From Octopus sinensis (taxonomy: Eukaryota): 64,000 nucleotides of DNA. The stretch covers positions 99,944,001-100,008,000 of the forward strand of contig NC_043006.1 of NCBI RefSeq assembly GCF_006345805.1, written 5' to 3'. Positions 23,993 through 36,800 of the stretch are shown here, piece by piece; the first letter of the stretch is position 1, and each line of letters starts with the position of its first letter. Below the pieces are notes generated by a model. That model did no database searches. It was not told the DNA's origin and saw only the letters and a list, made by a program, of their open reading frames with translations. A program made the translations under genes and the position numbers.

Positions 23993-25124
23993 ACAAAACT
24001 TGACTTCAACAGGATTCGAATAATCCTATCAGGTGGTGCTATTAAGTTAGACATGGCCTGGACCAATCTCTGGTCGAAACACATCTAAGTTTTTTTATCT
24101 AAGTTTAGAGATGTGTGTGTATTCAGTTTTCGCTCGAATACATGAATAATTCCACCTTCGACAATTTATAGGATCCTCATTTGATTTTTTATTAAAAATA
24201 AAAGAAAATATCACTTGGTTTTATATATTAGATTCACTTCTTTAAAAATGTTTCTCAATGTCAACTTCCGGTATTGACGTACAAACGGCGAAGTCTGCCG
24301 CTGTCTAATTTTTATGCTTTCATTTCAAGTTTTAATTCGCTATTTGTAAACATCTATGATAAATTATTTAAATATTCGGCACAAGATAGTTTTAACGTGC
24401 TTTTATTGATACGATTGTTTCATTTCATGTCTATCTTATTCATTATTTGCAATGTTATCTCTCTCTCCTTCTCTCTCTCTCTATCACTATCTTTCTTCGC
24501 CTCTCTCTCCCCCTCTCTCTCTCACTCTCTCTTTCTCTCACAATCCAGGTTTCATTTCTTTATTACACAAATATCACGTTAAAATTTTACAATTCAACAT
24601 GGGGCGCCCCCCAAAATATGGGCATTATTTTGCTTGAACTAGCCCACTTCGTTAATTTCCGTAAAAATATTAATTTATTTTGTTTTTCACGCCGTGTATT
24701 TGTAGTCAGTCACACACGCACACGTGTGTTTTATTACGTACATTTGTATACATTTATGTGTGTGTGTGTGTATGAGTGAAAGGGTGTGTTGTTCTGTATA
24801 CGTATATAAATACATATGCATACACCTTTTTTGTATGTAAGTGTGTGTGAGAGAGTGATTTCTAAGTAGCACACTCACTCTCTCACTCACACACCTACAC
24901 ATACATACAAGAAAGATGTATGCCTATTTATCTAGTTATGTACGTATATCTGAAAACACACCCATTCTCTCTCTCTCTCTCACACACACACACGTCCATT
25001 TGATCTGCTATTTAATACTGTATGTAAATGTATTTATGTGTGTATGCGTGCGGCGTTCAACAATCGTCAGAAAAAAGCAGAGTAATTTTCTTTCTTGATG
25101 GCACAGGTAAAATATTTGTAACAT

Positions 25125-26365
25125 TTGGTGACAGAGGTGAAACATGTGTAACATTGCTTCTCTACATGTGAGGCAACAATAATGTTGCAGTTGCCGTACC
25201 ATTGTCTGCCTTTGCTGCCACCAGTCTCCCAGGAAGACGAACAGCTCATTCTGATTTTATACCACTAAACCAGGTCACAAATGACAGTCAAATTTGTAAC
25301 ATAAGCAAAGATTCAGATTCAGCAGAAGTGTTGTGCCAATTCCACCTTATCATATGGGATGAATGCACCATGTCATATAGAGATGCAATGAAAGTTCTTG
25401 GCAGGACCTTTCAGGACATCAGTGGCAACAATAATTCTATGGGAGGAGTTACATTAGTTTTATCGGGAGTCGTCAGTCAGACATTACCAGTCATTGTGAG
25501 TCGAACGAAATCTGATGAAATAAAAGCATGCATTAAGTCTTCACACCTGTGGAATAAAGTGCTGAAATTCTCCTTCAATACTAACGCGTGAGCTCCATTA
25601 CATGAGGACCAATGTGCGAAACCTGGATCCTCCAATTAGGAAATAGGAATGTACTATTTGATGGGAATGTTGATATCAGTTTGGCTCATATTGCTATCAT
25701 GGTGAATTCCTCAGCTGAATTGAAGAACAGGGTATTTCCAGACGTCAGTAATAATTATAATTCACATAAATGGCTGTATGAAAGGGCATTTCTTACTCCC
25801 AAAATTGAGACAGTGGCAAGGATTAACCCTGAATTAATGAATAAGATTCCATCAGTCATTAAGAAGTACAAATCAGTTGATTCAGTCCTTCATGAAAACC
25901 AAGCTATCCATTATCCAACAGAGTTCCTTAATTCTCTTGAGCCACCTGGAATTCTTGCACAAACGTTTTCTGAAGGTGGAAGTCCCAATAATATTTCTAA
26001 GAAATTTAGATCCTCCTAAATTATGCAATGGGACAAGTTGATTGTGAAGGCATTATCACCTAATGTGACAGAAGCTACCATCATCATTGGATGTGCCTCT
26101 GGGGAAGAGGTTTTCATTCCAAGAATTCCAAACAAACCAGCAAACATGCCATTTGGGTTCAAGCGAACACAACTCCCAGTGCGACTTTGCTTTTTGAAAT
26201 GTTTATTAATAAAGCTCAAGGGCAATCTTTGAAATCTACTGGCTTGCTTTTCTCATGGTCAACTTTATATTGGTTGCCCCAAGGTAGGTAGTTTTCAAGA
26301 CATATTTGTCTATGCTCCAAACCAGAAATCAAAGAATGTTGTTTACCAAGAAGCTCTTACACAAT
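25125..26365 (+). pseudogene. Helitron PIF1-like helicase remnant (C-terminal Rep/Hel)
   Basis: AATSLPGRRTAHS, IIWDECTM, YPTEFLNSLEPPG, LDPPKLCNGT, FKRTQLPVRLCF, INKAQGQSL, KNVVYQEAL; multiple frameshifts. Confidence 0.92.
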
Positions 26366-26424
26366 TTCCTTTAACATATGTGGTAGAATTTATCTGCTTT
26401 TATAAAAGTGGTAAATTTTGTATT

Positions 26425-26428
26425 TTCG

Positions 26429-26468
<40 letters not shown>

Positions 26469-26630
26469 TGTATTATGAATTCAGAATTGATTTCCTAATT
26501 AAAGAATAAATTGTATCCCATTTGAAGAATAAATTGAATTTAGGATATCAAATTTCTATACAGTATATTTTGCTTTTTTCTTCCAATATGTAAGGAAAAA
26601 TTTCATTGCCTGGCAAAGGGAATAATGCAT

Positions 26631-26696
<66 letters not shown>

Positions 26697-26723
26697 GTTT
26701 GTGTGTGTGTGTGTATATACGTG

Positions 26724-26759
<36 letters not shown>

Positions 26760-26781
26760 TGTGTGTGTGTGTATATACGTG

Positions 26782-26879
<98 letters not shown>

Positions 26880-26905
26880 CATATTTGTATATATACACAC
26901 ATATA
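26425..26905. repeat. (TTA)n and (CA)/(TA)/(TG) compound microsatellites
   Basis: Seen directly. Confidence 0.9.
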
Positions 26906-27544
26906 CATTACTGTACGGAAATACGCATATTCCATCCTAAATACAGAGACAAAAATATTGAATCTTCTCTTCTCAAATACAGATTTTAAACAATCATACG
27001 TATCAGAGAGAAGAATATATAACGAGAAAGAAAGAGAGAAAGGGAGAAAGAGGGAAAGATCGAGAAAGAAAGACAGAATGAATGAATAAATGAATGAATG
27101 AATGTAAGACAGATTTGGATTGACTTATTTCATCCGGCAGTTGATGTCTAGACTGGATTATATCACGGATTAACAATTGTAGGTAAGGGTCAATTGAGAC
27201 TATGCTGGGTATGTTTAACGTGATTATAGCTATGACACTGTAGAAAGGTGGAGTTTGTAATACGATACATAAGTATATTAGAAAACACAGGTAATTTAAC
27301 TTCTCTCTCTTCTAAACATGTATTTATGAAATTATGAATTTCTGGTATTCTCGTTGATAACTGACCAGCTTTCAGGATGTTCCTTTGATAGCTTGTATAT
27401 TTGTTTCGATGTTATTTCTCTTTCGCTTCCATTTCACGTATCAATATTCATTGGTGTATAAGGATATTTTGTATACAATGATATTTTTTTATTACATATG
27501 AGTAGTGACAATTCTGAGGTTAAACTTTTAAATAGTTCAATACG

Positions 27545-27916
27545 TGTGGTAAGTAGCTTGTCTACCAACCACATGGAACCTTGGGCAAGTGTCTTCTGCT
27601 ATAGCCTCGGGCCGACCAAAGCCTTGTGAGTGGATTTGGTAGACGGAAACTGAAAGAAGCCCGTCGTATATATATATATATATATATGCGTGTGTGTTTT
27701 TGTGTGTCTGTGTTTGGCCCCCTAGCATTGCTTAACAACCGATGCTGGTGTGTTTATGTCCCCGTTACTTAGCGGTTCGGCAAAAGAGACCGATAGAATA
27801 TGTACTGGGCTTACAAAAGAATAAGTCCCGGGGTCGAGTTGCTCGATTAAAGGCAGTGCTCCAGCATGGCCGCAGTCAAATGACTGAAACAAGTAAAAGA
27901 GTAAAGAGTAAAAGAG
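27545..27916 (+). mobile_element. Family-A SINE with partly deleted 5' end
   Basis: Aligns by eye to 12801-13213. Confidence 0.9.
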
Positions 27917-28099
27917 CATAATCAAATATATGTACGCATGTATGTATGTGCGTATATACGTATGTTTGTATGTATGCTTGTATGTATGTATGAGAGCCTC
28001 TGTTTGAATGTGTGTATGAATTTGCTTTCTATTTTTTATTTAGATTAAATTTTAGCTGGCCACCGATTGGTAGCAAGTTTATTAAGAGAAGTATCTTGA

Positions 28100-28860
28100 T
28101 TTAATTGTCATCCTTTAAATCTTAAGAAAGTGTTGCAGATTTTTATAGTCCTAGATATCGTGGTCATTTGTAGCGTATTAATTAAGGAGTTTCTCTCTTT
28201 CTGCAAGATTCCAAGTTCAGCCACATTCTGCTCCAGACGGGCTGGTATATATCTTATTGCTTCAATAATAATGGGTATTAACCTGAAAGTTTATCTTGGG
28301 TACTGGATTTGGAAACTCCCTATCAATGGTCCATAAATGTTCTCTTTCTCTTATAGATTTCTACCCACAATCGTGTTCAGAGTGCTGCTGATTTCCAAAG
28401 CATAACATATATTAACTTTATGATCCCACGCTAAAATATCTGACCGGTCGTGTTTTCACGTGGTGGTTGTTTTAATTTTCAAGTTCCATCAGTATTCTTT
28501 TCACCCATCGCTCACAATATGGTCAACTTCATTTGTAGGTTTTCTCTTTTATGTTATATTGTTCCAGGCCCTTCTGGCAACCGTAACATGATTCGTGAGA
28601 AGATAATATCTGGGAGACATCGTGTCACTGTTGGTAATAATGTGCTTCAGGTCTTCAGTCTTAGTCGTGCATTAATGTTAACCCTTGGCCAATTCGGCGA
28701 CACCAAGTACATTCTCAGAGCTAGAGCTTGCGCAGTACAACGCGAAGAAATGAGTGTTGTTTCATGTGCTGAGAGAGGGATGCAAAGAGACACAGTGTGA
28801 AAAAAATCCACAATTCGGTCTTTGATGGATCGACAAATGTACACCTTATTCAAGTAAGAT
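28100..28860 (-). mobile_element. R4/Dong-clade non-LTR retrotransposon 3' remnant (zinc knuckle + restriction-like endonuclease)
   Basis: CTTKTEDLKHII..SPRYYLLTNHVTVAR; WNLKIKT..KHDRSDILAWD..ALEIS..EKENIYGPLI..IPIII..; many stops. Confidence 0.7.
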
Positions 28861-28899
28861 ATATGCGGTTTTGAGTGGAATTTTATTCAGGTGATTGAA

Positions 28900-29520
28900 G
28901 CAAACTGTTGACCAGAAAGAGGGTTGCAATATACGGCCTACCTCAACAATTTGCCTCAAAGTCGACTGGAATTGGCGAGTTTTGTGAAAAGCTGGTAACA
29001 ATTGATGGAATAAGAGAGCGGAGTGTTGACTGCAGGCGGGGCATATCTGCGAGCTAGAAGTCTTGCTCTTTAGATACTTCGTTAGAGTCTTCTTGGCAAT
29101 GGAAAATTCTCAGGCCTTTAAAATGGTGTGTGACACTATTTCTCATAAAACACCCGGAGCAGATGACTCTTTCGTTAAATAAGGGTATATAACTCTGCTA
29201 AATGCAGACTTGGAAATTTTGATTAATATATTAGCTAAGAGATTGGTGTTTGTCGTCGATCGGTGCACAGACATGCGCCATCCCAAATAGATTTTCCCAT
29301 GTCACCCTTTATCTCACACGATACATCATAGAAATGCTGTGTAATAGGCAGAGATGAGGACATGACCGATTTGGATAAATGGAAAACTTTAGACAGGGTT
29401 TCCCATCATTACTTGGCAGTTACCCTCATAGCAGATGCTCTCGCTCCCGTCCTTGGAGGATGGACCGCTTGAGCAAAGTAAATTGTTCAGTGAGCAAAGT
29501 AAATTGAAACGAATGGAAAC
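28900..29520 (+). mobile_element. L1/Tx1-clade RT N-terminal remnant
   Basis: ITLLNADLEIL..ILAKRL..AQTCAIPNR..TRYIIE..DRVSHHYLA across frameshifts. Confidence 0.7.
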
Positions 29521-29634
29521 GCTTAGTATGAATTTTGTGCCAGGTCGCTTCTGCTGTATTTGGGGAGTGGGCCAACACTGTGGAAGCTTTCAGTGCCAGC
29601 ATGCTACATTCACTCTGTAAGTAACGCGGATCAG

Positions 29635-30130
29635 CGGATGGCATGCTGAACCTCTACAGCTCACTATAGGTCTTAATGGAATACCATCTTTGTGAATCTT
29701 AGGGATACTGTACATGCTGGAGGTTTACTGTAGTGTTGAGTCAGTTGTCTGTACTTTATTGGTGTAAAGTGATTCTCGTTCTTGATCAAGATGAGACAAC
29801 TTCCTCTCTGTTTTCAGAGTTTGGTTTTCTCTTTACTTTGCTGTAGAATCACTTATAAGATTGGCCAATTTCTCTGAGTAAACAGACATGTTCATCACTA
29901 ATGTAGCATTTTCCTTGTCCGCTGAAAGTATTATGAAGGAATTGTCACTCTGTAGTCTTTTGAAAGCGAACGTTTCTACGCTTTTTCTAATTTCTGTCTC
30001 GCTTCCCCCCTTACTTCATCTTCCAGGGCTTTTAGTATCTTTACAGCTATCTCTTCATTAGGGGCTATTATGTCCAAATAGGGACTGTGCTTGATGGTCG
30101 TCGCAAAGTTGAGACCTTTGTTTCGTGTTG
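29635..30130 (-). mobile_element. Penelope-like RT N-terminal remnant
   Basis: KGLNFATT; ILSADKENATLVMN; YSIPKIHKDGIPLRPIVSCRGS. Confidence 0.85.
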
Positions 30131-30259
30131 CATTTTCAGAGCTTTCTAGATTAAATTAATTACTGCTTTCACAGCTGGCTGACAGCAGCTTCAATATTCT
30201 TGATATATTTTTCAAAGCCCTTCCAAACTCCTCCTAATGCTCTAATTACTTATCTCTTA

Positions 30260-30268
30260 CTGTACTAC

Positions 30269-30325
<57 letters not shown>

Positions 30326-30366
30326 CATCATCATCATCGTCATCATCATCATCATTATTATAATCC

Positions 30367-30438
<72 letters not shown>

Positions 30439-30540
30439 GTAGTAGTAGTAGTAGTAAGTAGTAGTAGTAGTAGTAGTAGTAATAGTAGTAGTAGTAGTAG
30501 TACTAGTAGTAGTAGTATAATTATTGTTATTATTATTATG
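30260..30540. repeat. (TTA)n(TCA)n(TAG)n trinucleotide array
   Basis: Seen directly. Confidence 0.95.
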
Positions 30541-30544
30541 TGGT

Positions 30545-30830
30545 GTGTTTTAAAAAACTCTCGGATAGTTCTTAATTACCAGGCAATAACAAATCACCAA
30601 AGGTTTCAAGTAGTGCCTTCTTCTCGACTCAAAGAGACAATACTCTCTTTAGAATGCTAGCTGCACCCAATAAAACTCTCTTCTACATCACCTCGAGCCT
30701 ACAGCAGATCCAATATTCTTAGTATGTTTTTCAAAGCCCTTCCAAACTGCTCCTAATATTCCAGTAAGCACCGGTATCACCATTAATTTCCTTATGCCCC
30801 ATTACTTTCCTATCCCGTCCTGCAGTGGCT
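30545..30830 (-). mobile_element. R4/Dong-like C-terminus and 3'UTR abutting the (TAA)n array; shorter piece at ~30190-30245
   Basis: WGIRKLMVIPVLTGILGAVWKGFEKH.., frameshift, LEVM*KRVLLGAASILKRVLSL*; AATATTCTT..TTTTTCAAAGCCCTTCCAAACT repeated at ~30193 and ~30712. Confidence 0.7.
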
Positions 30831-31409
30831 GGTATTTCTCACTCTTTTTCTGTTTCCTTACTTTTCACCCTCGAATCGCCTGGTATTGCAAAATTTATTA
30901 TCTTTACTTCTTTTTCTTCTTTATGTATGTGTAAGATATCTCGTCGTCTCGCACTACAGTCATTAAAGATTCGGAAACCAAACGCAGCTCGTACTTATGG
31001 ACAACGTGGCTACGTTCTGTGGCGTGGCTAAAGCATTTAATATCTACAAAAACAAGCAGCTTTCAATTGTTTAACTGAGACATGTATATATTAGCAAACT
31101 TTTGTAAATTATTAATAACGTTGGCAAACATGTGTAACGTCTCCAACATTCGTTGTTTGTATATACAACTACATTTTGAAGAACTGTAACGTACTAAACG
31201 TGTTACTATAGTCTTTATATAACAAAAACTAATATTATAGTTTATGCTATGGTTTATATTACACTCTTCTTTTTTGTATGATCAGATAAAGGCAATAGAG
31301 AACATAAGCCATTTGGTTTCATGGAAAACAACGGCCACGCAATGACTGCCATTCAAAATTTGATATTCTAGAATTCAGGCCGTATAGCGTTGGGTATGAC
31401 AAAGATATA

Positions 31410-31688
31410 CTTTTTTCTATCGGTTTCTCTACCGAACCGCTTGGTTTTGGGGACGTAAACACAGACGCAAAGACACACACGCACATACACACACACATAT
31501 ACACATACACATATATATTTACATACACGACGAGCTTTTAGTTTTCATCTAACAAATCCACTCACAAGGCTTAGGTTGGCCAAAAGCTATTGTAGAAGAC
31601 ACTAGCCCAATTTTCCACACTGTGTGACTGAACCCGGGGCCGTGTGTTTGAAAAGCAATCTTCTTACCACACAGCCACGCCTGCGCCT
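31410..31688 (-). mobile_element. Degenerate family-A SINE
   Basis: Ends TTACCACACAGCCACGCCTGCGCCT, the reverse complement of the family-A 5' end. Confidence 0.8.
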
Positions 31689-31824
31689 TGACGTTGTACT
31701 GTCTTCGGCCTCATCGTATAACTCTGAAATCTCAGGCTCTGTTTTTCTTCATAAGAAAAAATCTTTCGTGTTTATTTTATCCCTATTTCGTCGGGATTTG
31801 TATTCGTTTCCTTTTTAATATATA

Positions 31825-32219
31825 CTAGCAGTATCGCCCGGCGTTGCTCGGGTTTGTAAGGGAAATAACTATAAAGCATTTTTAGAGAGTTATAGCCAAA
31901 AATAGCAAAAAAATGCATTAAAAATAGAACAAAAATGATGGTAATTTTTTTTTTAAATCGTTGACTCATCGTAGACATTGTTAGAGAGTTACTTCCCTTA
32001 TATAATAGCGAAAAAATGCATTAAAATGGAAAAAACTATGGTAATTGTTTTTAAAATCGTTTATTCATCGTAGACGTGCGCTAATACCCAGAAGGGCTCG
32101 ATATGAATCACAACTATAAGATACCCGGTTTTGGTTAAAACTGCACCGCAAAATGTGGGAGTAGTTAGGAATCTAAATCGTAGGAGACAGACACACAACT
32201 TGACTTTTATATATAAAGA
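31825..32219 (-). mobile_element. Non-autonomous Helitron (395 bp) with canonical termini
   Basis: Minus strand A|TC..., subterminal hairpin CCCGAGCAACGCCGGG (31837-52), ...CTAG|T; two internal ~100-bp subrepeats. Confidence 0.85.
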
Positions 32220-32229
32220 TTACATACTT

Positions 32230-32412
32230 TAAGGCGGCAAGCTGCCAGGATCGTTAATACGACGGTCCATAAAATTAGCGGTATTTCACCCGTCTTTACG
32301 TTCTGAATACATATTCCGCAGAGGTCGACTTTGCCTTTCATCCCCTACGGGGTCGATGTAATCTATTAGACCCCTCCCCCGAATTCACTGTCTTTGTGTC
32401 AACATTTGAAAT
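32230..32412 (+). mobile_element. Family-B SINE
   Basis: GGCGGCAAGCTGCCAGGATCGTTA..GAGGTCGACTTTGCCTTTCATCCC..GGGTCGATGTAATC. Confidence 0.8.
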
Positions 32413-33974
32413 CAATATTTATTATATACTTCTCTAGAACTTCTTTCGATATCTTATAAAAGTTTTCCAATTTAAAGAAAAAATACTGCCACCAGTATTT
32501 GTGCCAAAACGTTTTTGCCTTCTTTTGCATAGTATATTTTAAATTCGTTCAATATTTTATCAGATTTCTTTCCAGTATTGTTAATTCGAAATTTCTAGTT
32601 GATTACATTATACCTGCAGCTTATTTCAGAAACATCTAACATACTGATTCTTATTACGCAAATTTGACATTTAGCTTCAAGTAAATGGCAACTTTGTTCT
32701 TTGATAACCATTCCTTTCCTTTGGACACATTCTCGTTCCTTAATTTCTAAGTATTTCTAATTCTCTATTTTATCTTATAACTGATACTGTAACAGGTTAT
32801 TACGATTTCTTCTTTTCATATTAGTGTGTGTTTTTTTTTTTTTTGGGGGGGGGGCTGTTTAAAATTTCGATTTAGCAATTTACACTACTTCGAAAAGTTT
32901 TGCTCCGTTACTAATTCAACAGTAATGATATGAAGTGTTATTTGATTTTCTCTGTCATATTATTTCTTCATATAGTTATCTTGTATTCAATAACTCTTTG
33001 TAGAACTTACAAAAAATATATTTATATATCTGAAATGGTATTTTAATCTTTCATATTGTTTTTTTGTCCTGTGATTTTGTAGAATTATGGCAAACATGAA
33101 TGTAAAAATATTTCCGTTTTGTTTGTAGATATTATGTTGGGAACAGAAAAGTATCCTATAAAACGTTGATAGGTGCAAACGTTCTCGATGAAATCCGGAA
33201 TGAAATTGTTCAGTTTCTCATACAAAATCTGGAAAATGTCGTTATATTTTTCTAGGGTGTTTAAGTAGGACAAACTGTGCTTTATTGTTTGTTGAATATA
33301 GAATAATGGTAATGAAGTTTCGTCAAGCTAGATGCTGAAACAAATGGAGAACTAACAGAAAGCAATGTCTTTAACATCTAGAATCAATGAGAGGATTTCA
33401 AGTAGAATGATTGCAGGATTATTGGGTGCCTAAAAAACCTACAGAAATTCTATTGTACTTAGGCGATAATGGAGAATAGCTCAAATAGCTTGTTTACTAC
33501 TGTTGGGATGATGGATAGCTGAGTTAAATGCTATTTAATCATTCATAAATCTAATTTACTTTACAATGAAGCACGATTTCAATCTGTTTTTCTTGCACAG
33601 TACACACTCATTATAAAAACAAGTCTACGAAAATTTTAAACAGCTTGACAAGATCCTCTATAGAAACTTTAAGGGTGATGCGAGGAAGAATTCCTAGATG
33701 CTTGTATTTATGCTTCGTTTGTCGGAGATATTTACAAAACAGCCAGGAATTCTTTGCTTAAAAGATTGTGATCATTACCAGAATAGTGATCGTTACCAGG
33801 ATGTTTTGTATTTCTACGACTGCAATTACATTCAAGAAATTTATACATTTCCTGCAGTCTCGTCAATGGTTTGTCAGTGGTATTTACTTCCCCACCCCCA
33901 TTCTTTATAGAGACGCGATGGACCTTTGAATAATTCTGCTTTGTATTAGAGTCTCTTTGATGTACATATCTGTT

Positions 33975-35512
33975 GTGACGAGAGTTGCGACACCCCCTGC
34001 GAGAACAGACTTGGCTGAACGATATAAATAGTAGCGGTCTAGGTGAGATGGCAGAGAGTAGACGTTAACTTTTGTCGTTTGTCGGTGTTTTCTGTTCTGA
34101 TCTCTGATGGACGTGAGTTACATTGTTGATTATTTGTGGATGGTCTCCCCTCGTGGGTGCACCTATGATTATAGTTACTGAAATTGCTGTTGAAATTGCT
34201 GTTACTGTTGTTGTTGAATTGTGTTTGTTTTCATCCCATTTGTGGGAAAGATGGAACAAGTGCCAGTGGGAAGCCACCGTTGTGCGGCGGCAACTGGCAG
34301 AGGAAAGGACATTGAAGCATTGGAGGTTCGTGAGGTGAAGCTTGAGCTGAGGAATCTGAAGGAATATGAAAATAACCTGTTAACAAAGGAGGGGAACACG
34401 TTAAAATTAACGCCACCGGAGGAACTCACAAACAGTGTAACGAAAAGAACCGTAACATATAAAGCACTAAAGTTATCAAAAGTTGAAATAGAAATTATTG
34501 AAGGTATTGAGGAATGTTTAAGGAGATCAAGAAGCTAACTTTTGCCGATGTACTGTGTTAAGCGTGTTCCGAGGGCGAGAGTTGGTAAAGTACCCCCAGA
34601 AATAAAGGAAACATGGCTGATGGCAGCCATAATGTTTAACTTGGAAGAAGAAGCCAAGATACTTATAGTGATGAGAACCAAGAATTGACGGGGTAAGGCA
34701 TAGAGATGGTCATACAAGCAAGTTTGAAAGATGTAAACAGGATTGCAAAGGAAATATTTCTGCCCGATGAGGTAAGGCTGAGAGTGGTGGTGGAGGGTAG
34801 CCCTCCCATATGCTACCTATAGGGAGAGAAAGGTCATATTAAGGCGAGGTGCCCCAGGAGAGAAACAGATGGAACAGCTTGAGGAGTAGGAGAGTTTCGA
34901 CCAAGTGCTGTACGACGACGTGAAGGAGACGGCAGGAGCAGAGCAGGAGTTCACAGTGGTCAAAAAAGCGACAAAGAAGTGATAGAGTAATCTCTCCGCC
35001 AGAGAAGCATAAAAAGTAAAGAATAATTGGTTAAGGCATTAGAGAAAGAGTTTGAGAAGGAGGAGACAGCAGCAAAAACACTGGCTGTACCAGTGGAGGC
35101 GAAAGATTTAGGTGAACCACAGCACGAGGGTGATAAAGAGACACTATCGAAAATGGAGGAGGCTAAGGACAGAGAGAAGGTATCAAGGGCAGAGCAAGGG
35201 AAAGGAAAACAAGCAAGAAAGGCGAAGAAGCACAGCTGGAATGTTGTAGCAGAAGCTAAGAACACAGAAACTGAGAGAAAAATAATTAAATTATAATCCA
35301 TTATAAGGGTGAGGTTACCCACAGATATTTATTCGGAAAATGTGAAGGCTATTGTAGTCGATAAGGAGAGATTTCACAGGCTACAAGAAGTGTGTGGAAG
35401 AGGCATTTATCCACCAGGAGTTGTGGAGGAGTTTGATGGTAGACTTAAAGGAACTATAGCCATTCATTAGATATTAAAAAAGCAAGTAAAATTGTTTCAT
35501 TTAAAAAAAAAA
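33975..35512 (+). mobile_element. Decayed ORF1/gag-like retroelement with a CCHC knuckle and A-rich end, no ORF2 seen
   Basis: RVVVEGSPPICYL*GEKGHIKARCP (knuckle at 34811-34852); E/K-rich tail (ORF 35027-35296); A10 at 35503-12; TATAAATA at 34023. Confidence 0.6.
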
Positions 35513-36499
35513 GGAAAAATAACGATAATAATGGGAAAAAACAAAAGAAAAAAGACGATTATAAACTGTACGTTTAAACGTTCAAATGGTACCGCATGAG
35601 AGTGGGGCTTATGCAGCCAGCCATTTCATTTTCATTATTATATAAGATCTTTATAATTTTCATTCACTTTAAGTTTTTAGCCCCCACTGTGGTGTTCTCT
35701 CTGTCCTTGTACTGTCCCCACTGCGTGAATGGCCGCAGCGCCAAAATAAAGAAAGAGAGAGTAAGCGTTTATCGCTGGAAGTCGTAAGGTTTGGCTTTGG
35801 TATTTTGTGGAAATATCATTCGTTGGTTCGTGTATAGTTCGTGGGCAATTCGTTTGATTGTTACGTTGCAGTTACCCAGCTTTGTTAAAAATTTTAAGTA
35901 CCGTAAATATTTCACGAATATACTGCAACAAATGGGTTATCGCTGAGCTACTATATTCATTTGGGTACTAATTATATTCTTCGGGGCAACAATGTGTCAG
36001 TGTTCGCCAAATAATATGCACCTCAAGGTAATTCTGAATTCAATTTTCAAATTTATATAAATTTTCCAATTTTATCAATAACTTTCTTTGTTGAATACGT
36101 TTATTTTGGAAACAATGAGACGACACAAAATATAAAATTCTCTTTACACAATTACCGTGTCTGTTAAAATGGTTTTTCTTTTCTTTTGTTATTTTTTCTA
36201 GAAACTTTCAACAAATTAATACATCCGAGACTAGCACATAACACAGGTAAATGTTTTGCTATAGAAATTAAACTCGGAACTAATATTTCTGAAAATCTCC
36301 AGGACAGACGGGAAATAAGATCACTTTTCATCTCAACGTGAACCAAAACACTGATTTAACGAAAATGTAAGTTAAACGAAACGCGTGTTACCTATATTTA
36401 TTTTGAACCGAAAGCTAATTTTTAAATGAAACCCCTTGCCATTTGGGGACTTCAGTCCTAGGCCATTCGTATTTAACCAATATATGAATGCCACATATG

Positions 36500-36800
36500 T
36501 GAAGACTTTGGTTATGATCTAAGCACCATGGAGGAAAATAGCATCGTATTCTTGAAATGTCCCTATTCTAATGGAGTCCGGTTTGGTTATATTTAGTACA
36601 ATGATATGGCTGGGAATCTGTAAAATTCGTTTCTGAAAACGCTGCGTTTGACTAACGTTGGTCATCTGACCAAATTATGGCTAAACTTTTCAGAATGTGT
36701 GGACGTAGTCACTTTCAAAAACTTTCTGGAAATCAACCCCTGCTATGCTCTGAACAATTTGCCACACCTCACTATTCTGACTCCTGAATGATTCATCTCT
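36500..36800 (+). mobile_element. Possible very old CR1/L2-like RT C-terminal fragment
   Basis: Weak motifs ILE...WSP, ESV.NSFLK, LWLN..VTFKNFLE across frameshifts. Confidence 0.3.

Larger units (their letters stand above)
19197..24104 (+). mobile_element. Apparently full-length CR1-like non-LTR retrotransposon (5'UTR, ORF1, ORF2, 3' stem-loop, ATCTAAGT tail)
   Basis: Two ORFs with APE and RT motifs; GTGACAAGACGT near the 5' end; hairpin GACCA-ATCTC-TGGTC at 24061-75; ATCTAAGT at 24083 and 24097. Confidence 0.9.

Noticed and set aside
24055-24090. GACCA/TGGTC stem followed by GAAAC, resembling hammerhead helix II
   Set aside because: No CUGANGA upstream; better explained as the LINE 3' recognition stem-loop.
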